Shown one piece after another: positions 34,500 to 43,826 of a stretch of 64,000 nucleotides of DNA. Where the stretch lies: IMG/VR virus record IMGVR_UViG_3300024507_000285; one strand, 5' to 3'. Origin of the DNA: a virus (Duplodnaviria; Caudoviricetes). The first letter of the stretch is position 1. The number at the start of each line of letters is the position of its first letter. The position numbers and the translations under genes were made by a program. The notes beneath the pieces were generated by a model. The model searched no databases. It worked only from the letters and a program-made list of their open reading frames with translations, and was not told the origin of the DNA.

Positions 34500-35063
34500 T
34501 TAGAACCAAAGGAATAAACCATTTAGGCTCAATAATACTCCGGCGCCCGCTACTACAAAGCTGCCCCAGAACATTGCCATGCTAACTGCAAGAATACTTG
34601 CAGATAATACAACAATAGCTAATTGATACGCTGTTGAAGCATAACCAATCCATGGGCTAGACTTTTTAGCAATTTCACGCTCGTGTTCCATGGCCTTTGC
34701 TTTAACAGCAAGTTCTTTCTTGTCTTCATCCATGCGTTCTTTTTCAGCCATGAACGCTGCTTTAAGTTTTGGATCAGCGGTTGTCTTAGCGGCAATCTCG
34801 TAGCTAACTCCACGACCTGCTTTGGCTTGATATTGTGCCCATGTATTGTTAGCACCTAGTGTATTGTTTAATACCGTGCTAGATAATTTGCCACTATACC
34901 ATGCGTTAACCGCTAATAATAATGCAAATACAGAAATAACCATACCTGCTTTGTCTTTTAGTTTTGCTTCACGCTCGCTGCGTGATCCCACTGGAGGCTT
35001 TGGTGCGTCCGGATCTTTGGGTTGCTTGTTAACTAAATTTAACACTGAATCAATTAATGCCAT
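34500..35063 (-). CDS. DUF4337-like membrane protein
   Basis: TM, NNTWAQYQAK, coiled coil, two C-terminal TMs (YQLAIVVLSASIL). Confidence 0.6.
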   Translation of the reverse strand: MALIDSVLNLVNKQPKDPDAPKPPVGSRSEREAKLKDKAGMVISVFALLLAVNAWYSGKLSSTVLNNTLGANNTWAQYQAKAGRGVSYEIAAKTTADPKLKAAFMAEKERMDEDKKELAVKAKAMEHEREIAKKSSPWIGYASTAYQLAIVVLSASILAVSMAMFWGSFVVAGAGVLLSLNGLFLWF

Positions 35064-35087
35064 TCATCGCTCCTTTAAATACTAACT

Positions 35088-35354
35088 TTATTTAAGTGTT
35101 TCCCAAATTTTTTGTTGCCCTTTGTACCATGAAATCCAATTATCAACCTGTGCTTTGCAATCGTAATATTCCTTGTAGTTGTCTGCTACAACTTCAACAA
35201 TGGCGCTAAGTTTGTCATTTTTAGGATCTACGGTTTTTAGATCGGGACAAGCTTCTAATAATTCTTTAGGAACCTCGGGCCATTTAGGAATTACAGGAGC
35301 AGTTGAACATCCTGCTAATAAAGTTACTGCTAATAAAAGTGCTAATTTTTTCAT
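35088..35354 (-). CDS. o-spanin (Rz1-like) lipoprotein
   Basis: Lipobox LLAGC, Pro-rich segment, follows i-spanin. Confidence 0.7.
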   Translation of the reverse strand: MKKLALLLAVTLLAGCSTAPVIPKWPEVPKELLEACPDLKTVDPKNDKLSAIVEVVADNYKEYYDCKAQVDNWISWYKGQQKIWETLK

Positions 35355-35815
35355 TTTTTAGCCTCTGGATTAGTTGCAGCTTTATTAACTAACTCGTTTA
35401 CTCGAGGGTCTATTTTGCATTCTGCATTGATAATTTTTTCAACTTCTTGAATTTGTGTTTTAACCGTATTGTAGTATTCAACACGAACTTTTTGTTTCTT
35501 TTTCTTTTCTTCACTTAATTGTTTATTAAGGTCTGAACTAGCACGTTCTGCCTGTGCAACTTTATCTTCTGCTTCTTTTACCTTAGCTCTCCATTCTGCT
35601 TCAGTATCGTAGCCACCTTTAAAATAAACCCCAGCAACTAATAATACAACACTGACAATTTGTAAAAGTAAATGATACGGTGCTAGTGCAGGGAACCAAC
35701 GTACAATTCTATGTAATAAAAAGAAACTTAAAAATGTACCAATGGCACCTGCTAGTAATACTAGGTGTACAGCATAAATTAGTACAGCATCCGGTACCCA
35801 CGCTAGCATCCACAT
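35351..35815 (-). CDS. i-spanin (Rz-like)
   Basis: N-terminal TMs followed by coiled coil; between endolysin and lipoprotein. Confidence 0.65.
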   Translation of the reverse strand: MWMLAWVPDAVLIYAVHLVLLAGAIGTFLSFFLLHRIVRWFPALAPYHLLLQIVSVVLLVAGVYFKGGYDTEAEWRAKVKEAEDKVAQAERASSDLNKQLSEEKKKKQKVRVEYYNTVKTQIQEVEKIINAECKIDPRVNELVNKAATNPEAKK

Positions 35816-35818
35816 AAG

Positions 35819-36454
35819 TTATGCTCCAAAAACGTGTAATGCGTGATTATAATGTTTGATACGATCTTCTAAACCAATAGTACCACCGTTGATACGCTTG
35901 GTTAATGTTAGGATGTCACCTTTGTCTGCCCATTGATTTAGGTTGTTTGTTTCCCAGAACCAGCAAGCTGATTGCACAGCACCTTCGAATGTCTGTAGGT
36001 ATTCTGCCGCTTCCTCTACAGGAATATCTAAACTGGCAGCAAACCAGGTATAATTTTCTTTACCTGTTAATTGAATTAGTCCGCGACCGCAGTAACGATA
36101 ACCGTCGCCAGAGTCTTCTGGACCGTTACCCATACGATTTGCATAAATGCGATTTGCTATAGCTTCTTGCTTGTTAGGTAAACTAGCATAGTGATTAGCT
36201 GTTGCATCGTCTGTAAAATACTTAGGAAAAATCTTACGTAGACTAGGTGCTTTATAATTTAAGTTTTCTTTTAATACACGAAATCCACCTGATTCGTGTG
36301 CGCATTGTGCCATAAAAGCTGCTACACGTTGGGGGGTGTTAATTTCATAATCTGGTAAAATTTCATTTAATGCTTCGTACCAATGATCAATATATGGATT
36401 ACCTTTGATGATATCTGCTACTTGATCTCTAGTAAAGTTAAATGTGAAGCTCAT
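35819..36454 (-). CDS. GH19 endolysin
   Basis: AQCAHESGGF, GRGLIQLTGKENY, TKRINGG. Confidence 0.92.
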   Translation of the reverse strand: MSFTFNFTRDQVADIIKGNPYIDHWYEALNEILPDYEINTPQRVAAFMAQCAHESGGFRVLKENLNYKAPSLRKIFPKYFTDDATANHYASLPNKQEAIANRIYANRMGNGPEDSGDGYRYCGRGLIQLTGKENYTWFAASLDIPVEEAAEYLQTFEGAVQSACWFWETNNLNQWADKGDILTLTKRINGGTIGLEDRIKHYNHALHVFGA

Positions 36455-37194
36455 TGTTCGATCCTTTTCAATAACATAGAACGATTACCGTTGTTAAAAA
36501 TAAAATTTTCTCCAACCTTATTAATGCTGTAATCGCCTAAAACTTTTGTAAGCCAGAAAATTTCACTAGTTGCTTTTTCGTCAACAACATATGCACCTTC
36601 TGTTGCTTCTAAAATAGATTCTGGAGTATCGTCTTTAATAATTTCTAGTTGTACCTTAACATCAAACGGTTTGTGAATTGTTATCACGTTGTTGTTTAGA
36701 GTTAAGTTATCCATTAATGTTTTTGTAAAAAAACGCTTTACATCTTCAGTTCTAACCTGGCCCATGTGTTCTTCGTAGGCACGTGAATCACCGGGAATAA
36801 TTTTTCTCAATGTTTCTTCGTTAACTTCGTGAACATCGGAACTTCTGTGATATTTAAATTTAAAATCATCTACGCCGGTTAATTTTTTAACTCCGTAACA
36901 TAATTCTTTAATTTGTTCTGCTAGCTTAGGGCTTCGGTTTAATTCTACAAATACTGAATATTCACCTTTTTCGTTTTCGCCTGAACTAACGTCAGCGTCT
37001 AAAACAAAATGATAACCCTTTTCAATGAATTCCATTAGGTCACGTGCAGGAGATCGATCTTTGACCTGAAAGCTAACAACACAAACATCTTTGTCCTCTC
37101 CCATCTTAGATTTGTATGTGTCAACTTCAAAAAGTGAATATACTAAATCTTTAAGGTCGTTGGTTCTTAAACCTTCGTTAAGTTGCTTATGCAT
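36451..37194 (-). CDS. Hypothetical late protein
   Basis: 247 aa, MHKQLNE|G. Confidence 0.65.
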   Translation of the reverse strand: MHKQLNEGLRTNDLKDLVYSLFEVDTYKSKMGEDKDVCVVSFQVKDRSPARDLMEFIEKGYHFVLDADVSSGENEKGEYSVFVELNRSPKLAEQIKELCYGVKKLTGVDDFKFKYHRSSDVHEVNEETLRKIIPGDSRAYEEHMGQVRTEDVKRFFTKTLMDNLTLNNNVITIHKPFDVKVQLEIIKDDTPESILEATEGAYVVDEKATSEIFWLTKVLGDYSINKVGENFIFNNGNRSMLLKRIEQ

Positions 37195-37705
37195 TTGTCA
37201 TATCCTGTACAGCTTCTTCGCTGGCATCTGGCGCTGCTGCTGCTGCACCATATTGATTAACAACATCTTCTATTTTGTTGCTATCTAAATTTCTATGGCC
37301 TCGATCTACGTCAGCCATTAATTTTTTAGGCATAGTAATACGAACTAACCAGACATCTTCGTGATCAATTTTGCCTTTCTTTGTACCAGGGCGAATATCA
37401 TCTGGTTTTTTAATTTTTCTTACTTTAGCAAGTCGTGTTTCACCAAACTCAACTTTACAACCGTATTCTATTAAACGTAGACCGCCCTTAGGTTCAGGCA
37501 TTTGTTTTTTAGGCCACATAAAAGTGCATTCTACAAAGTAACGACTTTCATTAGGACCAGCAACAAGCTCTCCGTCAATCCAGTTATCGAAAACATAGAT
37601 ATCTAGCTCATCAACAACACGCTCAAAATCTTTAAGTAATTTTAAGCTATTATTGCTGCCGTAAATGTTTTCGATGTTATTAATAATATCTTTTAAATCG
37701 ACCAT
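37187..37705 (-). CDS. Hypothetical late protein
   Basis: 172 aa, GGGAG RBS and late promoter upstream. Confidence 0.7.
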   Translation of the reverse strand: MVDLKDIINNIENIYGSNNSLKLLKDFERVVDELDIYVFDNWIDGELVAGPNESRYFVECTFMWPKKQMPEPKGGLRLIEYGCKVEFGETRLAKVRKIKKPDDIRPGTKKGKIDHEDVWLVRITMPKKLMADVDRGHRNLDSNKIEDVVNQYGAAAAAPDASEEAVQDMTNA

Positions 37706-37719
37706 AATATCTCCCTTTG

Positions 37720-37775
37720 TATTTATCGCGAAAATTTAATCATTACATATATCTTTTTGTCGCAGATGTTAAATA
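37720..37775. promoter_or_regulatory. Divergent late-type promoters
   Basis: GATAAATA on minus (37720-37727), GTTAAATA on plus (37768-37775). Confidence 0.5.
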
Positions 37776-37780
37776 TCTTT

Positions 37781-37823
37781 GTGTTCGGCCGACGGACACT
37801 ACGGTAGGGTCCGTGCCTAACAC
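37781..37823 (+). promoter_or_regulatory. Structured 5' leader hairpin of phoH
   Basis: GUGUU/AACAC, GGC/GCC, ACGGAC/GUCCGU stems capped by cUACGg. Confidence 0.5.
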
Positions 37824-37846
37824 CTAAAAAGGAGGGCTAACCTTAT

Positions 37847-38587
37847 ATGAAGCGAAAAAGAGCGCAAGTTCAGCAAAAAGAGCAGTATGACCCACGTTTT
37901 CAAAGCAACGTAATAAATATTGATCATAGATTAAACGAGAAGCGTAAGCGAGTTCAAATCTATCCCAAGAATTTAAGTCAAGAGACTTATCTACTAAAAC
38001 TTAACGATCCCAACAAAATGATAATTTTTGCCATCGGGCCTGCGGGCACGGGTAAAACCATGCTGGGCGTTCAGTGGGCAATTGATCAGTTAAAGTACGG
38101 TTCTGCAGACAAGATCATTATTACTCGACCTGCTGTAAGTGTTGACGAGCAACACGGATTCTTGCCCGGGGATCTAAATCAAAAAATGGAACCCTGGACC
38201 AAGCCTATTTTTGATGTTTTCGCTGAAAACTTTAATGCTAGAGAAATTGAAAACTTTGTACGTGAGGGGGTGATTGAAACTAGTCCTCTAGCATATATGC
38301 GCGGCAGAACTTTTAAAAATGCGGTCATCATAGCAGATGAAATGCAAAACGCCACACCGTCACAGATGAAAATGCTGTTGACTAGATTAGGACAAGGAAG
38401 CAAAATGGTTGTAACTGGGGACTTACAACAAGCAGACCGTCCATCAAACAACGGCTTATTAGAGTTTTTAAAGTTATATAACGACTTTAAAAATCATAGA
38501 TATGTGGACATTGTTCACTTTGACATACAAGATGTAGAACGCCACGAGGCGGTAAAGGAGATACTATCGATCTACGGTGACTCTTGA
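37847..38587 (+). CDS. phoH: PhoH family ATPase
   Basis: GPAGTGKT, YMRGRT, DEMQN, GDLQQAD. Confidence 0.95.
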   Translation: MKRKRAQVQQKEQYDPRFQSNVINIDHRLNEKRKRVQIYPKNLSQETYLLKLNDPNKMIIFAIGPAGTGKTMLGVQWAIDQLKYGSADKIIITRPAVSVDEQHGFLPGDLNQKMEPWTKPIFDVFAENFNAREIENFVREGVIETSPLAYMRGRTFKNAVIIADEMQNATPSQMKMLLTRLGQGSKMVVTGDLQQADRPSNNGLLEFLKLYNDFKNHRYVDIVHFDIQDVERHEAVKEILSIYGDS

Positions 38588-38826
38588 TCATTAGGAAGAT
38601 GGGGGGTCAATTGATCCCCTATCGTTCTTTTATAAAATTCTAGCATGTCCTCATAACCGGCCTCTGGATTGAGACCATTTTTGATACACTTTCTTTCTTT
38701 AAAGTCTAAGATGACTTTAGCGGTTTGAATGTGTCTCATTTTTAATGCATTTTTAAATTCTGTAATTTCGTCATGCCTACCATTTGGTTTTAGATAGTAG
38801 GTAACAATCATATATCGGCTGCTCAT
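38572..38826 (-). CDS. Small hypothetical protein
   Basis: 84 aa, ATGA coupling. Confidence 0.6.
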   Translation of the reverse strand: MSSRYMIVTYYLKPNGRHDEITEFKNALKMRHIQTAKVILDFKERKCIKNGLNPEAGYEDMLEFYKRTIGDQLTPHLPNDQESP

Positions 38827-39737
38827 AGTCTACCCAATTTAATTAATGTCGCTGAAAGATTAATTTCTGGATCGATAATTAATGCATGATCAACTAACCC
38901 TTGTTTAATAATCAAGATTGCTTTATCTTGATTTTCTTCTGATCCAAAGATTTCGACGTTATTATACAACCATGTATATACTTCTTCCATTTCTTCTGCA
39001 CGTAGTTTTCCACATAACATTTTACGTGCTTCATTAATTTTTCCAGCCTTAAACAAGGTAACCATATCAAACTTCCAGTCTGCTTCGCCTTGATCGCCTT
39101 TGTTAGGAGCAGCTAGTTTGCCTTCATTAACATTTTGTTGTACTAGATTAATACACTTACGAAGGTCTGGATAAGTTACCTTTACGTAATTATCCAAGGT
39201 GTCAAGATCAAAGTCCACACCTTCATCGACGAGGATAGTAGCCACACGAGCAGTAAACTCTGTAATATCAGTACGTTCGACGTGGAAGCCTTGACACCGC
39301 GAATGTATAGCAGGAATAATACGATTGGGATAGTTACAAGTAAGAATGAAGCGAGCTGTTGCATGATATTCTTCCATTACACCGCGAAGTGCTGCCTGTG
39401 CGTTAGGTGAAAGATAGTCGGCCTCATCAAGTAGTACAACCTTGAATGGACCAAATGGAATCATTTGCACAAAGTTAGTGATTTTATCTCTAACGTCGTC
39501 TACAGAGTTTGTACGCGATGCGTTAATTTCTAACACATCATAATCTTCAATACCTAATTCTCGAATAAGAATTTTAGCAAGAGTAGTTTTACCAATGCCA
39601 GCACTACCGCTTAACAGCAAATGCGGAATACTTTTATCTTTAATCCATGTTTGCACTTGTTTGCGTTGATGGTCGTCACGAAATACATAACCATCTATGT
39701 TTGCTGGACGATATTTTTCTACCCACAATTCTTTCAT
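38823..39737 (-). CDS. Clamp loader AAA+ subunit (gp44/RFC-like)
   Basis: WVEKYRP, GSAGIGKTT, LDEAD, SRC, DLRK. Confidence 0.93.
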   Translation of the reverse strand: MKELWVEKYRPANIDGYVFRDDHQRKQVQTWIKDKSIPHLLLSGSAGIGKTTLAKILIRELGIEDYDVLEINASRTNSVDDVRDKITNFVQMIPFGPFKVVLLDEADYLSPNAQAALRGVMEEYHATARFILTCNYPNRIIPAIHSRCQGFHVERTDITEFTARVATILVDEGVDFDLDTLDNYVKVTYPDLRKCINLVQQNVNEGKLAAPNKGDQGEADWKFDMVTLFKAGKINEARKMLCGKLRAEEMEEVYTWLYNNVEIFGSEENQDKAILIIKQGLVDHALIIDPEINLSATLIKLGRL

Positions 39738-39868
39738 TCTTTTACCTTTATAATTTCACCGCATTGATCATACCCAACTTTAAATATTGCAAACATAACA
39801 GCTTCGTGCATTGAAGGAAATGTTTTGCTTCTTAATTTATTGGTAATATAATAATACACTTTATACAT
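39734..39868 (-). CDS. 44-aa ORF missing from the track
   Basis: MYKVYYYITNKLRSKTFPSMHEAVMFAIFKVGYDQCGEIIKVKE*, coupled at both ends. Confidence 0.5.
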   Translation of the reverse strand: MYKVYYYITNKLRSKTFPSMHEAVMFAIFKVGYDQCGEIIKVKE

Positions 39869-40119
39869 CAAACCATTTCTTCAATAACGCCTAATACTTC
39901 TGCAACAATAAAAAGTCCGCCAGCAATATAAAAATCACCTAGCATTAAAGTTGCACCTGCAAGAATTCTCAATCCGCTTTTTACAAAACTGATGTATTTG
40001 TGTTTTACAGGATCTGGAATTTTAGATTTTGATTCGTCTTTTTTATCTGAGTTAATGACCTTATCTAATCGTGCTCTTAGGTCTTTCATAATTTCAATAT
40101 TTTGTTCATATTCTGTCAT
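39868..40119 (-). CDS. Small membrane protein
   Basis: C-terminal hydrophobic hairpin. Confidence 0.6.
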   Translation of the reverse strand: MTEYEQNIEIMKDLRARLDKVINSDKKDESKSKIPDPVKHKYISFVKSGLRILAGATLMLGDFYIAGGLFIVAEVLGVIEEMV

Positions 40120-40549
40120 TTTTTAATCCCTTATTAATTTCAGCGGCAATAACTCGCTGACGTAGTTCGCTGGTTGAAAAATTGTGTTCACGTTTGTTGA
40201 AATAAAATTCAATACCTTTATCCCAACATTCGTTTCTACCTGTAAAATCTTCGTGTTCATATTCGTCTCCTAATATTCTAACATTAATAGGATAGGAAAG
40301 CAAGATGTTTATAAGATCTTGTTCTGTTTCGTAGACAAGGATTTCATCAACATATTTGCAGGCTTTAAGTTGTTCGTAGCGTTCAAATACGCTTTGAACT
40401 GGTTTGTTTTTGATTCCAGGACGATCAATTGTAGGATCTGTTTGTAGACCCACAATCAAATGATCGCATTGAGTCTTTGCTTCTTTGAGCATCATGATAT
40501 GCCCTGCATGGAACAGATCAAAAGTTGAGCAAGTAAAACCGATTTTCAT
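40106..40549 (-). CDS. Glycerol-3-phosphate cytidylyltransferase-like (TagD family)
   Basis: STFDLFHAGH, VGLQTD, VDEI, FSTSELR. Confidence 0.85.
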   Translation of the reverse strand: MKIGFTCSTFDLFHAGHIMMLKEAKTQCDHLIVGLQTDPTIDRPGIKNKPVQSVFERYEQLKACKYVDEILVYETEQDLINILLSYPINVRILGDEYEHEDFTGRNECWDKGIEFYFNKREHNFSTSELRQRVIAAEINKGLKNDRI

Positions 40550-41315
40550 CTAAATCCTTTTCTTTTATAGTAACATAATTATTAATGAGTTGTCTAGCTC
40601 TTTTTTCTCTATCGATTACCGTTTTTTCTCCAAGAATAATAATAACAAATTTATTATTGGATTTTTCAACTAGTAATGCCAAACAACGTCCTGCAGGATT
40701 AGTATAACCGGTTTTGCTAAGAATGATATTATCAAATTCAAATAAAAGATTTTTATTAGTATTGCCTACAGATGCATAAGATATTTTCTTTTTAGTTTTG
40801 GTTTCGATGGTTAGATATTTTGATGATGAGCTAGATGTAATTAAATTATTTTTTGATGATTCTTCTACCAATTTTGACAAGTCAAAGGCTGTACTAATAT
40901 TATGTTTATCAAGCCCTGACGGATCAGAGTATGATGTATTATTCATGCCAAGTGATCTTGCGGTATTATTCATTTCGTCGATAAACGCTGTACGGCCACC
41001 AGGCCAACTATGTGCTAATGCTTCGGCAGCAGCGTTATCGCTTTTGATTAATAGAGAATCGAGTAGATCCCGTCGAGAGACATTTTTGGATCTAAAGATT
41101 CCTCCACGATATAATACTTTTTCTTGTAAATCTAAATTTGAATTAACAACTACCAGCGCAGTCATTAATTTAGTAAGAGATGCTATCGGCCTTTGTATTC
41201 CTGCATATTCTCCAACAACAATTTCTTTTTGTGTTTGATTATATACGTAATATGAAGGAACATTTGCAAAGGCTGACGGAATTAAAAGAAAAAGAATGAC
41301 AAAAATTCTTATCAT
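40518..41315 (-). CDS. Peptidase S11 (D-Ala-D-Ala carboxy/endopeptidase, PBP7-like)
   Basis: Signal peptide; SLTK, SDN, KTG catalytic motifs. Confidence 0.88.
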   Translation of the reverse strand: MIRIFVILFLLIPSAFANVPSYYVYNQTQKEIVVGEYAGIQRPIASLTKLMTALVVVNSNLDLQEKVLYRGGIFRSKNVSRRDLLDSLLIKSDNAAAEALAHSWPGGRTAFIDEMNNTARSLGMNNTSYSDPSGLDKHNISTAFDLSKLVEESSKNNLITSSSSSKYLTIETKTKKKISYASVGNTNKNLLFEFDNIILSKTGYTNPAGRCLALLVEKSNNKFVIIILGEKTVIDREKRARQLINNYVTIKEKDLDENRFYLLNF

Positions 41316-41680
41316 TTATTAATAAATGGTTTTAGGTCTGGAGGAGTCCACCCTAAAGGTTTTAGCACTTTGCCATCTTCACGTTTACGTACCTTGCCAG
41401 TCTCTGAATCTATTTTAGCAAAATTGGTACGCATAACTTCTTTCCAACCGCCCTCGCCATCGAAACCGGCCGAATGGATAGCGCCTACGGTAACAACAAT
41501 AAAGTCTAACAGCGCATCAAGTGTTTCAACCTGATCGTTATTGTCGATCGCTACCTTCAATTCTTTCCATTCTTCTTCCATTAAATCGAGATATAATTTA
41601 AACTGATTTTGATTAAAGCCTTCGACTGATTGGTCGCAGGCTCGCATAAATTTTTCTTGGTCACGAAATGGATTTGTCAT
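41312..41680 (-). CDS. MazG-like/PRA-PH all-alpha NTP pyrophosphohydrolase
   Basis: EEEWKEL, ETLDALLD, EVMRTN, REDGKVLKP. Confidence 0.82.
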   Translation of the reverse strand: MTNPFRDQEKFMRACDQSVEGFNQNQFKLYLDLMEEEWKELKVAIDNNDQVETLDALLDFIVVTVGAIHSAGFDGEGGWKEVMRTNFAKIDSETGKVRKREDGKVLKPLGWTPPDLKPFINK

Positions 41681-41681
41681 A

Positions 41682-41924
41682 TTAACTCTTTTTTAAAATT
41701 GATATTACTTTTTTCTTTTCACGGTCATCGAGCCATTCTTGTTCAAGATGTCCAAAATTGGGAGAATCCTGTAATGCTTTGTCAACTACTTCTTTTATAA
41801 GATAAAGTTCTTTCTTAATCTCAAAAGAAGTAAATCCATCGTTATACACACTAGAACACTCTCTGGACAACGACCGAAGTTGATTTATGATGTCGGGAGT
41901 ATCCCAATTTTGTTTAAAAGCCAT
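41682..41924 (-). CDS. Small hypothetical protein
   Basis: 80 aa in operon chain. Confidence 0.6.
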   Translation of the reverse strand: MAFKQNWDTPDIINQLRSLSRECSSVYNDGFTSFEIKKELYLIKEVVDKALQDSPNFGHLEQEWLDDREKKKVISILKKS

Positions 41925-42313
41925 TATAGAAAATCTTCTGGCCTAATGTTAACGCTTGATCCGTTAGAATGTTCTGTACCGATATAAAAATCGTTTGGTT
42001 TTTCATCAGATACAGCTAGTATACATTTAATATCTACTTTTTGAATTTCTTTAACACCGTCACCGTCATCGATTTTGATCTTACGAGTCCAGCGACCGTG
42101 CTCTACTAAAATCCATTGGCCTTCTTTAACATCAGTTTGTTTTGGACCAACTTTGTATACCTTGCCCCATCGCGGTTTAATTCCGTGAACTTTGGCATCG
42201 TCGCTTTGAATAACAATGCCTGTCTTGGTTACCTGCTCACCAAAATCCATGTCAGAAATGATAACATCATCATTAATGGCACGAATTTTAATGTGCTTAA
42301 CATCATAACTCAT
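41924..42313 (-). CDS. groES: GroES-like co-chaperonin
   Basis: RAINDDVI, TKTGIVI, GKVYKVGP, VKEGQWIL. Confidence 0.75.
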   Translation of the reverse strand: MSYDVKHIKIRAINDDVIISDMDFGEQVTKTGIVIQSDDAKVHGIKPRWGKVYKVGPKQTDVKEGQWILVEHGRWTRKIKIDDGDGVKEIQKVDIKCILAVSDEKPNDFYIGTEHSNGSSVNIRPEDFL

Positions 42314-42316
42314 AGG

Positions 42317-42544
42317 TTAACCTTTTTTGCGTGTTGGGATGTCTTCTTTAACTGCTCGTGGATTTGAAGCATAGTAATCTTGGAGAATTTGTTCTCTAGT
42401 TTTTACAACTTTTCCACCTGGGCCTAATTCATCGCCCCTTGCATTTACTTTCATGTTTCCTACAGCAGGCAACAATTCATTTTGTAAATTTAACTTTTCC
42501 ATATCAATATCTTTGCCACGTAGGCTTGTATATGTTTTACCCAT
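42317..42544 (-). CDS. Small hypothetical protein
   Basis: 75 aa, GGAGA RBS. Confidence 0.65.
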   Translation of the reverse strand: MGKTYTSLRGKDIDMEKLNLQNELLPAVGNMKVNARGDELGPGGKVVKTREQILQDYYASNPRAVKEDIPTRKKG

Positions 42545-42545
42545 C

Positions 42546-43016
42546 TTAAATCTCCTTGAAGAATTCTTCTATTGGTAATTTGTATTTAATACTATCTATC
42601 TTATGTACCCCTATCAAATAGAGTACATAACTTGCTACAGAACTTCCACGTCCTACACCCCAAATAACGTTATTTTTTCTTAATGTGTCTACAACGTATT
42701 TCATTGCTTTTAACATTAAAATCATATCGTATTTGGCAAAAAGTCTTAGTTCCTCAACAACTCGTTCTCGAATTTCTGGAGTAGGACATTGCATATATAA
42801 CCAATCTAATATATCCATAGTCTTATACTCATCTGGAATATTCCAATGATTAATGTCAATATTATCTTTTGGAATTGGATAATTTAGATGTTCTGAATAT
42901 AAGCGTTCAAAATACAAAGAAACATCGTTAGGATCTACAACACAATTTTCCAATATTTCAGGACCGTGTCGTAGAATACCTTCGATTAATTGTGATTCTG
43001 TATTTTTAACTAACAT
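42546..43016 (-). CDS. Stand-alone DNA polymerase III alpha (DnaE) palm-fragment homolog
   Basis: ERVVEEL...VIWGVGRGSSVASYVLYLIGVHKIDSIKYKL matches DnaE GPGRGS region; ends before PDID. Confidence 0.75.
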   Translation of the reverse strand: MLVKNTESQLIEGILRHGPEILENCVVDPNDVSLYFERLYSEHLNYPIPKDNIDINHWNIPDEYKTMDILDWLYMQCPTPEIRERVVEELRLFAKYDMILMLKAMKYVVDTLRKNNVIWGVGRGSSVASYVLYLIGVHKIDSIKYKLPIEEFFKEI

Positions 43017-43236
43017 TGATTAGTTGATCCAAATCGTTATCTAAATCAGACTTCCTAGCGTGGAGCCTTCTTTGCCTTTCATCTTTATACATTATAATGA
43101 AAGTTTCGATTTGTGTCAACATCTCAATTTTTCCTAAACGTTGCGCTTGGAAATATTTTTTGGATAACTCAAGGATTTTTTCTTCAATCTCTTGATCCTT
43201 GAGTTCGGAAAGGTTGTCAACAAGAGGATTAAACAT
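43006..43236 (-). CDS. Small helical hypothetical protein
   Basis: 76 aa, TAATG coupling. Confidence 0.6.
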   Translation of the reverse strand: MFNPLVDNLSELKDQEIEEKILELSKKYFQAQRLGKIEMLTQIETFIIMYKDERQRRLHARKSDLDNDLDQLINVS

Positions 43237-43826
43237 TAACTAAATTGTCCAACGTATTTCAGAAATATTTTTTCTGAACTATGTCTCCAGACTTCGACAA
43301 ATATAGGATCTGTTGTAGATTGAACTGCAATAGAATTTCCGCTCCATTCGTCGGCAGCGTTTTTCTTAAAAATTGTTCCGCCGGTTGTAACAAAGGTAAT
43401 AGTTCTTGAAGTTCCGTCACCGTATAATTCGAGTGTAACCTTGCCGACGCCTAGTGGAGTTAATTCGTCAACAAATACAGGATCCCCTGGAAAATTTAAA
43501 AAATCAACGTTTGAGTTAATACCAAATCGATAAATTTGATATGGACCATTTTGATAATCGATAGTAATATCTGTTGAAACAGATCCCCCGTCAAACTTTT
43601 GATCTCTATTATCTTGAAAAATTGCTCTGCTAATAACATTTTTTTCAAAATCGTTGTTATCGTTTAATTTTGCTGTGTTATTTTGAAGATCTGTTATTTC
43701 AGTCTTGGCAGCACTTAGGCTGGTTTTAATAGTATCAAAATTATCACGAAACACCTGTGTGTCGTTATCTTGCCCTGCTACAGGGAAGTTTTCATTGATA
43801 CTGATATAATTGATATTGCTGGTCAC
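43236..43826 (-). CDS. Putative baseplate/tail structural protein
   Basis: N-terminal NFPVAGQDNDTQVFRDNF + coiled coil, beta-rich C-domain. Confidence 0.55.
   Translation of the reverse strand: MTSNINYISINENFPVAGQDNDTQVFRDNFDTIKTSLSAAKTEITDLQNNTAKLNDNNDFEKNVISRAIFQDNRDQKFDGGSVSTDITIDYQNGPYQIYRFGINSNVDFLNFPGDPVFVDELTPLGVGKVTLELYGDGTSRTITFVTTGGTIFKKNAADEWSGNSIAVQSTTDPIFVEVWRHSSEKIFLKYVGQFS

Noticed and set aside
42317-42546. Programmed frameshift extending mini-DnaE
   Set aside because: No PDID motif seen downstream; next ORF has its own RBS
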